Source of the DNA: Mycobacteriales bacterium
GTDB lineage: Bacteria > Actinomycetota > Actinomycetes > BP-191
Assembly (NCBI GenBank): GCA_035536955.1
Contig: DATLNF010000019.1
Location: forward strand, 1 to 50,208
Direction: 5' to 3'
Length of the DNA stretch: 50,208 bases
Part shown: positions 17,350 to 26,388 of the stretch, one piece after another
Layout of the letters: each line of letters opens with the position of its first letter
Position numbering within the stretch: position 1 is the stretch's first letter
Notes under the pieces: generated by a model
What the model was told of the DNA's origin: nothing
The model's database searches: none
Seen by the model: the letters and a program-made list of their open reading frames with translations, nothing else
Position numbers and translations under genes: made by a program

Positions 17350-18191
17350 CAGCGCCACCGCTCCGGATCCGGCAGCAGGGCGTTGAGCGAGCCCGACCGG
17401 AAGCCCTGAGGGTCGACCTCTGCGCTGGCGAATCCCGCCGCGACGAGCTCGGCGCAGACCTCGTCGGCGCGCTCGGCGAGCTGCGGGACGAGGGCCGCGT
17501 CAACCTCGAGACGGGCCGTGTCCCCGAGGTCGCGAACCCGCAGATCCCGCACGGTGTACCCGTTGCGCAGCAGCCACTCGCGCGCCGCGGTCTCGGCGCG
17601 CTCCACGCGCAACAGCCGGCTCGGCGAGATCTCGATGCCGTACGCGACCCGGCTCGACAGGCAGGCAGCGGCCGGCTTGTCCCACGTCGGGAGCCCCCAC
17701 GCCCGCGACGCCGCGCGAACGTCGGCCTTCGTGAGGCCGGCGTCCAGCAGCGGCGTCCGCGCGCCGCGCTCGGCGGCCGCACTGATGCCCGGCCGGAACC
17801 CCGCGACCACGTCGTCGGCGTTCGTCCCCGTCGCGACCGTGGCGATGCCGAGCGCGTCGGCGAGGGGCCGCAGCGTGTCGAGCAGCTCCGCCTTGCAGTG
17901 GAAGCAGCGGTCCCCGTCGTTCGCGCGGTAGCCCGGCCGGGCCATCTCGTCCGTGCGCGGCAGCTCGTGCCGCACGCCGAGCGACACGGCGAACGAGGCT
18001 GCCTGCGCGAGTTCCACCGAGGGCAGGCTCGGCGACACCGCGGTCGCGGCGACGACCCGATCGACCGGTATCGCCCGGACCGCGGCGGCGAGCAGGAACG
18101 CCGAGTCGGCGCCGCCGCTGAACGCCACGACGACGCCGTCGTACGACGTCAGCTCCGCGGCGAGGTCGGCGAGCTTGCCGGCGAGATCCAC
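17349..18191 (-). CDS. larE: LarE-family ATP-dependent (PP-loop) sulfur transferase, three-Cys variant
   Basis: 280 aa with a GTG start. It has the PP-loop VAFSGGADS, DRCFHCK and KPAAACLSSRV cysteines, and TIGR00268-like length and order. Confidence 0.85.
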   Translation of the reverse strand: MDLAGKLADLAAELTSYDGVVVAFSGGADSAFLLAAAVRAIPVDRVVAATAVSPSLPSVELAQAASFAVSLGVRHELPRTDEMARPGYRANDGDRCFHCKAELLDTLRPLADALGIATVATGTNADDVVAGFRPGISAAAERGARTPLLDAGLTKADVRAASRAWGLPTWDKPAAACLSSRVAYGIEISPSRLLRVERAETAAREWLLRNGYTVRDLRVRDLGDTARLEVDAALVPQLAERADEVCAELVAAGFASAEVDPQGFRSGSLNALLPDPERWR

Positions 18192-18218
18192 ATCCGCATC
18201 CTCGCTCCCGACGCGGCT

Positions 18219-18269
18219 CTTGACGAGTCGACACCGGTAACCCTACAGTTACGGTAACCCATGAGTTAC
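18219..18269 (+). promoter_or_regulatory. putative arsR promoter (TTGACG-18 nt-TACAGT) overlapped by two tandem 16-bp palindromes GTAAC-N6-GTTAC
   Basis: GTAACCCTACAGTTAC at 18237-18252 and GTAACCCATGAGTTAC at 18254-18269 are separated by 1 nt. The second covers the arsR ATG at 18261. Confidence 0.5.
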
Positions 18270-18587
18270 GAATCGGTTCTCGACGCGCTCGGCGACGGCA
18301 CTCGCCGCCGCCTGGTCGAGCAGCTGCGCGGAGGCCCGCGGTCGGTGACCGAGCTGGCCGCGGCGTTCCCGGTGAGCCGTCCCGCGATCTCCAAGCACCT
18401 GCGGGTGCTCAGCGAATGCGGTCTGGTGACCCATGAGACATCAGGGACCCGCAACCTCTACCGGCTCGACCCGCGCGGCCTCGCCGAGCTGCGGCGCTGG
18501 ACCGAGCAGTTCTGGGACGACGTGCTCGGCAGCTTCGCCGACCACGTGGCCGACACACGTCCGACGGCGAGAAGGAGACCCCGATGA
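18261..18587 (+). CDS. ArsR/SmtB family transcriptional regulator
   Basis: 108 aa with a winged-HTH signature (LGDGTRRRLVEQL...SVTELAAAFPVSRPAISKHLRVLSECGLV). Its stop overlaps the next start (ATGA). Confidence 0.9.
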   Translation: MSYESVLDALGDGTRRRLVEQLRGGPRSVTELAAAFPVSRPAISKHLRVLSECGLVTHETSGTRNLYRLDPRGLAELRRWTEQFWDDVLGSFADHVADTRPTARRRPR

Positions 18588-19033
18588 CCGCGATCGCACC
18601 GGTCCGGCGCAGCGTGACCGTCGTATCCGACCCGGGGACCGCGTTCCGGGTCTTCACCGAGGAGATGGCCGCGTGGTGGCCGCTGCTCACGCACTCGGTC
18701 GGCGGCGCGGATGCCGTCGGCGTCACCGTGGAGCCGCGGGTGGGCGGCCGGGTGGTCGAGCGGCTGCGGTCCGGTGCGGAGGAGACCTGGGGCACGGTCA
18801 CCGAGTGGTCACCGCCGACCCGGCTCGGGCTGACCTGGCATCCCGGCCGCGCGCCGAGCGAGGAGACCCGCGTCGTCGTCACCTTCAGCGCGGTGGGCGC
18901 CGAGACACTCGTCGAGCTCGAGCACACCGGGTGGGAGAGCCGAGCCGACGGCGCCGCGATCCAGCGCAACTACGACGAGGGATGGGTGCTGGTCCTCGGC
19001 GCGTTCGCAACGCGAGCGGGAGCAGCCGGCTGA
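18584..19033 (+). CDS. SRPBCC/AHSA1-like domain protein
   Basis: 149 aa with RBS GAAGGAG. It shows the typical ArsR-SRPBCC gene pairing and the motif FTEEMAAWWP...GGRVVER...WGTVTEWSPPTRL. Confidence 0.82.
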   Translation: MTAIAPVRRSVTVVSDPGTAFRVFTEEMAAWWPLLTHSVGGADAVGVTVEPRVGGRVVERLRSGAEETWGTVTEWSPPTRLGLTWHPGRAPSEETRVVVTFSAVGAETLVELEHTGWESRADGAAIQRNYDEGWVLVLGAFATRAGAAG

Positions 19034-19698
19034 CCCTCCCCGCGGATGGCGCCGCAGTACCACGCCGGGAACTCGGCCAGCGAGTCGAGGACGACGGTGC
19101 CGGCGAAGCGCGACAGCTGGTCCCGCGTGCATGGCCCGGTCGCCACGGCGACGGCGACCGCGCCGGCCTCTCGCGCCGCGAGCACGTCGCTCTCGTGGTC
19201 GCCGACGTAGCACCACGCACCGAGGGTGCGCAGGGTCTCAGCCTTCTGCGGTCCCCAGCGCCAGCCGACGACGCCGTCGACCACGATGCCGAGGTGATCG
19301 AGCGTCAGCCGGGCGGTGGTCTCCCACTTCGCGGTGATGACGACGGCGCGCGATCCGGCCGTGCGCACCGCGTCGACGGCGCCAGCGGCGCCCGGCAGAG
19401 CGGTCGTCACGGGCACCGCGTGCTCCGAATAGAGCGCTCTGTAGCGGTCGGCCACCCGGGGTACGTCGGTCGCCGAGAACCAGTTCGCGAGCTCGACCTC
19501 GAGCGGCGGGCCGAGCCGCGATGCGACCAGACGCGCGTCGATGTCGCGGCCGGTCTCCGCGGAGAGCAGCTCCATGCAGGCGATCACGCCGGGGCGTGGG
19601 TCGATGAGCGTGAGGTCGAGGTCGAACCCGACCACGCCCCCAGCGGCGGCCGCACGCCCCGTGCTTCGTTGCGGCAGCCGACGAGGCGCGCCGGTCAC
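18970..19698 (-). CDS. HAD family hydrolase (phosphoglycolate-phosphatase-like)
   Basis: Has the DxD nucleophile motif GFDLDLTL and the later motifs VITAK and YVGDHESD. The GTG start overlaps the upstream stop (GTGA). Its 3' end overlaps the convergent SRPBCC gene by 64 nt. Confidence 0.8.
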   Translation of the reverse strand: MTGAPRRLPQRSTGRAAAAGGVVGFDLDLTLIDPRPGVIACMELLSAETGRDIDARLVASRLGPPLEVELANWFSATDVPRVADRYRALYSEHAVPVTTALPGAAGAVDAVRTAGSRAVVITAKWETTARLTLDHLGIVVDGVVGWRWGPQKAETLRTLGAWCYVGDHESDVLAAREAGAVAVAVATGPCTRDQLSRFAGTVVLDSLAEFPAWYCGAIRGEGQPAAPARVANAPRTSTHPSS

Positions 19699-20495
19699 CG
19701 GTGCTGCATGGCGTCCATCAGGATGCCGATCGCGATCGCCATCCGGAAGTCGAGCCGCTGGTCCTGGATCTCCATGATGTAGCGGTCACGCCAGCCCCAC
19801 ACCCGGGTGTGCGTGAACACCGGTGACCCACCACCCACGGCGTCGAAGTGGAAGACCCACGGCACCGGGATGTTGTTGGCGTACGGGATCAGCCCCCACA
19901 CCCGCCGCAGCAACGCGATCGGCAGGCTGCGCTCGGTGATCGTCACCGTCGGCAGGCCGGGCTGCTCGAGCTGCCAAGTGGACCGCAGGACCGACGCGGC
20001 CCCCTTCTTGCGCACCGTCCCGACGTGCTCGCCGGTGCCGGGGTCGGTGACCGTCATCGCCGAGCGGATGTCGATCCGGCGGTCCGCCTTGATGCTGAGC
20101 ACGGCGCGCGTCGCGGCTTCGTCGGAGTAGACGGTGAACGCTTCCTTGAGCGCCATCCGCTTCTGCTTGACGAACGCGACCAGCTGACCGGGACTGCCGT
20201 TGTCGTCCCAGAACACGCGGTAGACGTTCTGGAACGGCGTGATCTTCTGCAGGATGTGCAGCCGCGGCGGGACCGCCGGCCGCGCGGTGGGCTCCTCGAG
20301 TGCACCCGCCGGAGCGCTCGCCGGAGTCGGCGCGAAGTACGAGTCGTCGATCGGCACCGGTGTGGACACGGCAGCACCCGCCTCCCCCGACGAGACCTGC
20401 TCGGTCCACGACGTGCCGTCCCAGTAGCGCTTCGCGTGCTGCCCGGACGGGTCGTCGTACCAGCCGGCGGGTGGGCCCTCAGCGCTCTGCGTCAT
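19695..20495 (-). CDS. DUF2510 N-terminal motif fused to a LURP-one/scramblase-like (tubby C-terminal-like) domain
   Basis: ATG at 20495 (MTQSAEGPPAGWYDDPSG..RYWDGTSWT is the DUF2510 signature). The C-terminal ~190 aa has a beta-barrel-like pattern ending in a hydrophobic helix. Family names are from memory. Confidence 0.65.
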   Translation of the reverse strand: MTQSAEGPPAGWYDDPSGQHAKRYWDGTSWTEQVSSGEAGAAVSTPVPIDDSYFAPTPASAPAGALEEPTARPAVPPRLHILQKITPFQNVYRVFWDDNGSPGQLVAFVKQKRMALKEAFTVYSDEAATRAVLSIKADRRIDIRSAMTVTDPGTGEHVGTVRKKGAASVLRSTWQLEQPGLPTVTITERSLPIALLRRVWGLIPYANNIPVPWVFHFDAVGGGSPVFTHTRVWGWRDRYIMEIQDQRLDFRMAIAIGILMDAMQHR

Positions 20496-20598
20496 GCCGG
20501 CCAGCGTGCCATATGCCGGTACGGCGGTCCGCCGGTACGACGGAGGGCGGCCCCGCCGAAGCGGGGCCGCCCTGTCGTCGAGCCGTTCGAGCGTCGGA

Positions 20599-22431
<1,833 letters not shown>

Positions 22432-22707
22432 TCAGCCGCCCGCCACGGCCGGGATGATGGAGACGGTCGCCCCGTCCGGCACCGGGGTCGCGAGCCCGTC
22501 GAGGTAGCGGACGTCCTCGTCGCCGACGTAGACGTTGACGAACCGCCGGAGGGCACCGGTCTCGTCGAGCACGCGGTCCCCGGCGCCCGGATGGGCCGCC
22601 TGCAGCGCCTGGATCACCTCGGCCAGCAAGCCGGGCGCGACGGTGACCTCGGCCGCGCCGCCGGTGAGCGACCGCATGGGGGTCGGGATCCGGACGGTGA
22701 CGCTCAT
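22432..22707 (-). CDS. MoaD/ThiS family sulfur-carrier protein (C-terminal Gly-Gly)
   Basis: 91 aa ending ...SIIPAVAGG*. The ATG overlaps the upstream stop (ATGA). It has the beta-grasp size and pattern (VTVRIP...FVNVYVGDEDVR). Confidence 0.85.
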   Translation of the reverse strand: MSVTVRIPTPMRSLTGGAAEVTVAPGLLAEVIQALQAAHPGAGDRVLDETGALRRFVNVYVGDEDVRYLDGLATPVPDGATVSIIPAVAGG

Positions 22708-24014
22708 GACAGGGATCCTCCGGGTACGTGGTCGGCGGCGCCCGAGGCGCGGAACGCCTCCAGGCTCGGCGAGATGGTGTGGGTCGGCTGCGCCACGGCG
22801 GCAACCGCGTCGAGCGTCTTGAGCCCGTCGCCGGTGTTGAGCAGCACGGTGGGCAGGTCCGGGCGCAGCGCGCCGCTGGCCAGCAGCCGGCGCAGCGTCG
22901 CCACGGTCACCCCGCCGGCGGTCTCTGCGAACACGCCCTCGGTCTCGGCGAGGAGCCGGATCCCGGCGACGATCTCGTCGTCGCTGACGTCCTCGACCGC
23001 ACCCCCGGTGCGCCGCGCCACGTCCAGCGCGTAGGGGCCGTCGGCCGGGTTGCCGATCGCGAGCGACTTGGCGATCGTCGCCGGCTTCACCGGGCGGACC
23101 ACGTCCCGGCCGGTCTTCCACGCGATCGACACCGGCGCGCACCCGGTCGCCTGCGCGCCGAAGATCGCGTAAGGCGAGTCGGCGACGAGCCCCAGTGCGA
23201 CGAGCTCGCGGAAGGCCTTGTCGACCTTCGTCATCAACGACCCGCTGGCGACTGGGGTGACGACCTGCGCCGGCAGCCGCCAGCCCAGCTGCTCGGCGAT
23301 CTCGTAGCCGACCGTCTTCGAGCCCTCCGCGTAGAAGGCCCGCAGGTTCACGTTGACGAACCCCCACGGCAGCTCGCCGGCGACCTCGGCGCAGAGCCGG
23401 TTGACGTCGTCGTACGAGCCGGTGACCGCAACCAGGGTCTGGCCGTAGATCCCGGTCGCGACGACCTTGCCGGCCTCGAGGTCGGCGGGGATGAACACGA
23501 CGGCGCGCAGCCCGGCGCGCGCGGCGTGCGCGGCGACGGAGTTGGCGAGGTTGCCCGTGGACGCGCACGCCGCGGTCGTGAAGCCGAGCTCGACGGCCTT
23601 CGACAGCGCGACGGAGACGACGCGGTCCTTGAAGCTGTGCGTGGGGTTCGCGCTGTCGTCCTTGACCCACAGCTCGGTCATGCCGAGCGCGCCACCGAGG
23701 TTGCGGGCGCGGACGAGGCGGGTCATCCCGGCGCCGAGGTCGACGCGGGTGGCCGGGTCGTGCCCGGAGGGCAGCAGGTCGGCGTACCGCCACATGGTGT
23801 GCGGTCCGGCCTCGATGGTCGCCCGCGTCACCCGCCTCGCCCACAGCGTGTGGTCGTAGGCCACCTCGAGCGGGCCGAAGCAGAGCTCGCAGACGTGCGC
23901 GGCGGCGACGGGGTAGTCGCGGCGGCACTCGCGGCACTGCAGCCCGAGGACGGCAGAGCCCGGGGGCCGGGTGCAGGGCAGGACGGCGGTCACGTGCGTT
24001 GGCCTCTCGCTCAT
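22704..24014 (-). CDS. threonine synthase family PLP enzyme with N-terminal zinc ribbon (ThrC-like; candidate MetM-type homocysteine-forming enzyme)
   Basis: 436 aa from ATG 24014 (MSERPTH). It has a CxxC...CxxC ribbon (CRECRR...CELCFG), the PLP lysine motif NPTHSFKDR and ThrC-like order throughout. A SAM-I riboswitch lies directly upstream. Confidence 0.87.
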   Translation of the reverse strand: MSERPTHVTAVLPCTRPPGSAVLGLQCRECRRDYPVAAAHVCELCFGPLEVAYDHTLWARRVTRATIEAGPHTMWRYADLLPSGHDPATRVDLGAGMTRLVRARNLGGALGMTELWVKDDSANPTHSFKDRVVSVALSKAVELGFTTAACASTGNLANSVAAHAARAGLRAVVFIPADLEAGKVVATGIYGQTLVAVTGSYDDVNRLCAEVAGELPWGFVNVNLRAFYAEGSKTVGYEIAEQLGWRLPAQVVTPVASGSLMTKVDKAFRELVALGLVADSPYAIFGAQATGCAPVSIAWKTGRDVVRPVKPATIAKSLAIGNPADGPYALDVARRTGGAVEDVSDDEIVAGIRLLAETEGVFAETAGGVTVATLRRLLASGALRPDLPTVLLNTGDGLKTLDAVAAVAQPTHTISPSLEAFRASGAADHVPGGSLS

Positions 24015-24136
24015 CTTCCCCCGGCGGTGAGCCGGGGCCGGAGTTGGCACCTGTCGCGGCGGCGGCTGTCGGGCAGCGCTTTCCGCGGTGGTTGCCGGGA
24101 CGTCGTCGGGCCGTTCCCTCAGTCCCTCGTGATGAG
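24010..24136 (-). promoter_or_regulatory. SAM-I (S-box) riboswitch
   Basis: The minus strand reads CTCATCACGAGGGACTGAGGGAACGGCCCGACGACGTCCCGGCAACC...AGGTGCCAACTCCGGCC...GGGGGAAGATGAG. The P1 arms are CTCATC/GATGAG, and the core matches the S-box consensus (GAGGGA, GGCCC, CCCGGCAACC, GGTGCCAA). The 3' P1 arm contains the ATG of the ThrC-like gene. Confidence 0.85.
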
Positions 24137-24209
24137 TTGCGTATGCAGTTGTGGGTCGTCAGTCTCGGCAGTCGGGGCAGGTCGGTCAAACGCGATCAGG
24201 AGGACGACC

Positions 24210-25190
24210 GTGTCGCAGGCGGCGGCCGAGTGGCTCGCGCGCCGCACGCACCACTGGTCGCGGTACGCCGACCTCGACGCGCTCGTCGCCGCGAAGGGCG
24301 CGACCACGGTGACGGTCGTCCTTCCCGCGCGGGACGAGGCGGGGACGGTCGGCGCGATCGTGCGCTGCGTCCGCGAGACGCTGATGACCTCCGCCGTACC
24401 GCTGGTCGACGAGCTCGTCGTGCTGGACCACGCCTCGACCGACGGGACCGGTGAGATCGCGGCGGCGGAAGGGGCGCGGGTCGTCCGCTCGGCCGACGTG
24501 CTGCCGGCGTACGGCGACCGGCCGGGCAAGGGCGAGGTGCTCTGGAAGTCGCTCGCCGCCACCACCGGAGATGTGGTCGCCTGGGTCGACGCGGACATCG
24601 AGAACATCGACCCGTCGTTCGTGTTCGGCATCCTCGGCCCCCTGCTGACGGACAGCTCGGTGTCGTTCGTCAAGGGGTTCTACGAGCGCCCCTTCGCCGA
24701 GCGGGACCGCCTGCGCCCCACCGGCGGCGGCCGGGTCACCGAGCTGGTCGCCCGGCCGTGGCTCAACATGTTCTGGCCGGACCTCGGCGGCCTCATCCAG
24801 CCGCTCGCCGGCGAGCAGGCCGGCCGCCGGTCGGTGCTCGAGCGGCTGCCGTTCGTCTCGGGCTACGGCGTCGAGATCGGGCTGCTCATCGACGTGTACG
24901 ACGCCGTCGGGCTCGACGCGATCGCGCAGGTCGACCTCGAGCGACGGGTGCACCGCAACCAGTCCGTCGAGAAGCTCGGTCGGATGGCGTTCGTCATCCA
25001 GCAGTCGCTCATGTCGCGGCTCCAGCGGGAGGGCCGGCTCGCGCTCACCGACGTGCCCGTGCCGCGCATCGCGCAGTTCCGCAACCGGCGCGGGGAGTAC
25101 CTCGCGGTGACGCACGAGCTGCCGGTGGACGAGCGTCCGCCGCTGGTCGACGTCGCCGAGTACGTCGCGGCCCGGGGCGCGTCGCGATGA
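24210..25190 (+). CDS. gpgS: glucosyl-3-phosphoglycerate synthase (GT81)
   Basis: The GTG follows AGGAGGA. The 326 aa contain VVLPARDEAGTVG, the DxD-type WVDADI motif and GYGVEIGLLID, close to mycobacterial GpgS as I remember it. The long ORF from 22728 is antisense to thrC-like and spurious upstream. Confidence 0.87.
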   Translation: MSQAAAEWLARRTHHWSRYADLDALVAAKGATTVTVVLPARDEAGTVGAIVRCVRETLMTSAVPLVDELVVLDHASTDGTGEIAAAEGARVVRSADVLPAYGDRPGKGEVLWKSLAATTGDVVAWVDADIENIDPSFVFGILGPLLTDSSVSFVKGFYERPFAERDRLRPTGGGRVTELVARPWLNMFWPDLGGLIQPLAGEQAGRRSVLERLPFVSGYGVEIGLLIDVYDAVGLDAIAQVDLERRVHRNQSVEKLGRMAFVIQQSLMSRLQREGRLALTDVPVPRIAQFRNRRGEYLAVTHELPVDERPPLVDVAEYVAARGASR

Positions 25191-26008
25191 CGGTCCGCAT
25201 CGTCTACACCGACCTCGACGGCACCATGGTCGGCTGGCGCGGCAGCTTCTTCGCCGGACCCGACCCGCAGCCGACCCTCGTCCCGGCCGAGGCCCTCGTC
25301 GAGCTGCACCGCGGCGGCGTACCCCTGGTCCTCGTCAGCGGGCGTACCCGGCCGCAGCTCCTGGAGGCGGCCGCCCTGCTCGGGGCCGACGGCTTCATCG
25401 GCGAGCTCGGCGCGGTCCTCGGCTGGGACCGCGGGCGAGGTGGCGAGGTGCTCCGCGGCGAGATGCCCGACCAGCTGCCGGGTACGCCGGTCGAGGCGAT
25501 GGACGGTGCCGACCTGGCCGAGCGGCTCTTCGCGGCGTTCCCGGGTCGCCTCGAGTGGCACGCGCCATGGCACGTCGGGCACGAGGCGGACTTGATGCTC
25601 CGCGGCAACGTCGCGACCGTCGAGGTGCACGACTGGCTGGACGCGGCCGGGTTCGGCTGGCTGCGGATCCACGACAACGGAGTGCTGCCGCGCCGGGAGA
25701 TGCCGTCGACGGCCGAGCCGGTTCACGTCTACCACCTGCTCCCCGACGGCATCGACAAGGGCGTCGCGGTGGCGCGGGACCTCGACCGCCGTGGCATCCC
25801 CGCGGCCGACGCGGTCGCGATCGGCGACTCGACGAGCGACCTGGCGATGGCGCCGTACGTCGGCCGGTTCTTCCTCGTCGCGAACGGCGCGCAGTCGCCG
25901 GCGACCCGCGCGGCCGCCGAGGCGCTCGGCAACGTCACCGTGACCGCGGGCTCGTTCGGGCTGGGCTGGGCCGAGGCCGTGCTGGCGGTGCTGTCCGAGC
26001 AGGCGTAG
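25187..26008 (+). CDS. HAD-IIB family hydrolase, probable glucosyl-/mannosyl-3-phosphoglycerate phosphatase
   Basis: The ATG overlaps the gpgS stop (ATGA). Has the DxD motif VYTDLDGTM, SGRT and the late motif GDSTSDL. Confidence 0.78.
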   Translation: MTVRIVYTDLDGTMVGWRGSFFAGPDPQPTLVPAEALVELHRGGVPLVLVSGRTRPQLLEAAALLGADGFIGELGAVLGWDRGRGGEVLRGEMPDQLPGTPVEAMDGADLAERLFAAFPGRLEWHAPWHVGHEADLMLRGNVATVEVHDWLDAAGFGWLRIHDNGVLPRREMPSTAEPVHVYHLLPDGIDKGVAVARDLDRRGIPAADAVAIGDSTSDLAMAPYVGRFFLVANGAQSPATRAAAEALGNVTVTAGSFGLGWAEAVLAVLSEQA

Positions 26009-26075
26009 CGCGGTCGGCGGGTCTCCCAGGTGCGGCGTGGCTGCGGCAGCGGTCGGCACACCGACGACGCCGCCG

Positions 26076-26375
26076 CTATCTCCCAGGCTCCCGCAGCATG
26101 TCGACGGCGACCTCGCCGAGGACCTCGTCGAAGTCCTCGGCCACCGCGTCGCGCATCAGCCGCTGACCTTCCCGCTCCAGGTGCTCACAGGCGTCCCGGG
26201 TCGCCGCGTCCGGCCACCGGGCGTACGCAAGCCAGGTCCCGTCGTGACACCTGTGCAGGCGGGACCCGTAGCTCCCGCAGGTCTCGTGGATGGCAGCCGT
26301 CACGCGGGTCCAGCCTTCGACGAACTGGTCCTCCATGCCCGGCTCGAGACGCCAGCGGTAGATCGCGATGAACAT
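26076..26375 (-). CDS. antibiotic-biosynthesis-monooxygenase (ABM/Dabb) domain protein
   Basis: 99 aa from ATG 26375 (MFIAIYRWRLEPG...). The size and ferredoxin-like pattern fit the family. Confidence 0.65.
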   Translation of the reverse strand: MFIAIYRWRLEPGMEDQFVEGWTRVTAAIHETCGSYGSRLHRCHDGTWLAYARWPDAATRDACEHLEREGQRLMRDAVAEDFDEVLGEVAVDMLREPGR

Positions 26376-26388
26376 CCGACTCCGCTCC

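Noticed and set aside
18970-19033. The 64-nt convergent overlap of the SRPBCC and HAD genes, considered as a possible frameshift or assembly error.
   Set aside because: Both frames read cleanly to their stops, and the overlapping tails are non-conserved-looking termini. There is nothing in the sequence to indicate an error.
22728-24209. The upstream 494 codons of the 820-aa ORF that ends as gpgS.
   Set aside because: This part is antisense to the ThrC-like gene and the riboswitch, with no motifs. gpgS has its own AGGAGGA-GTG start at 24210.
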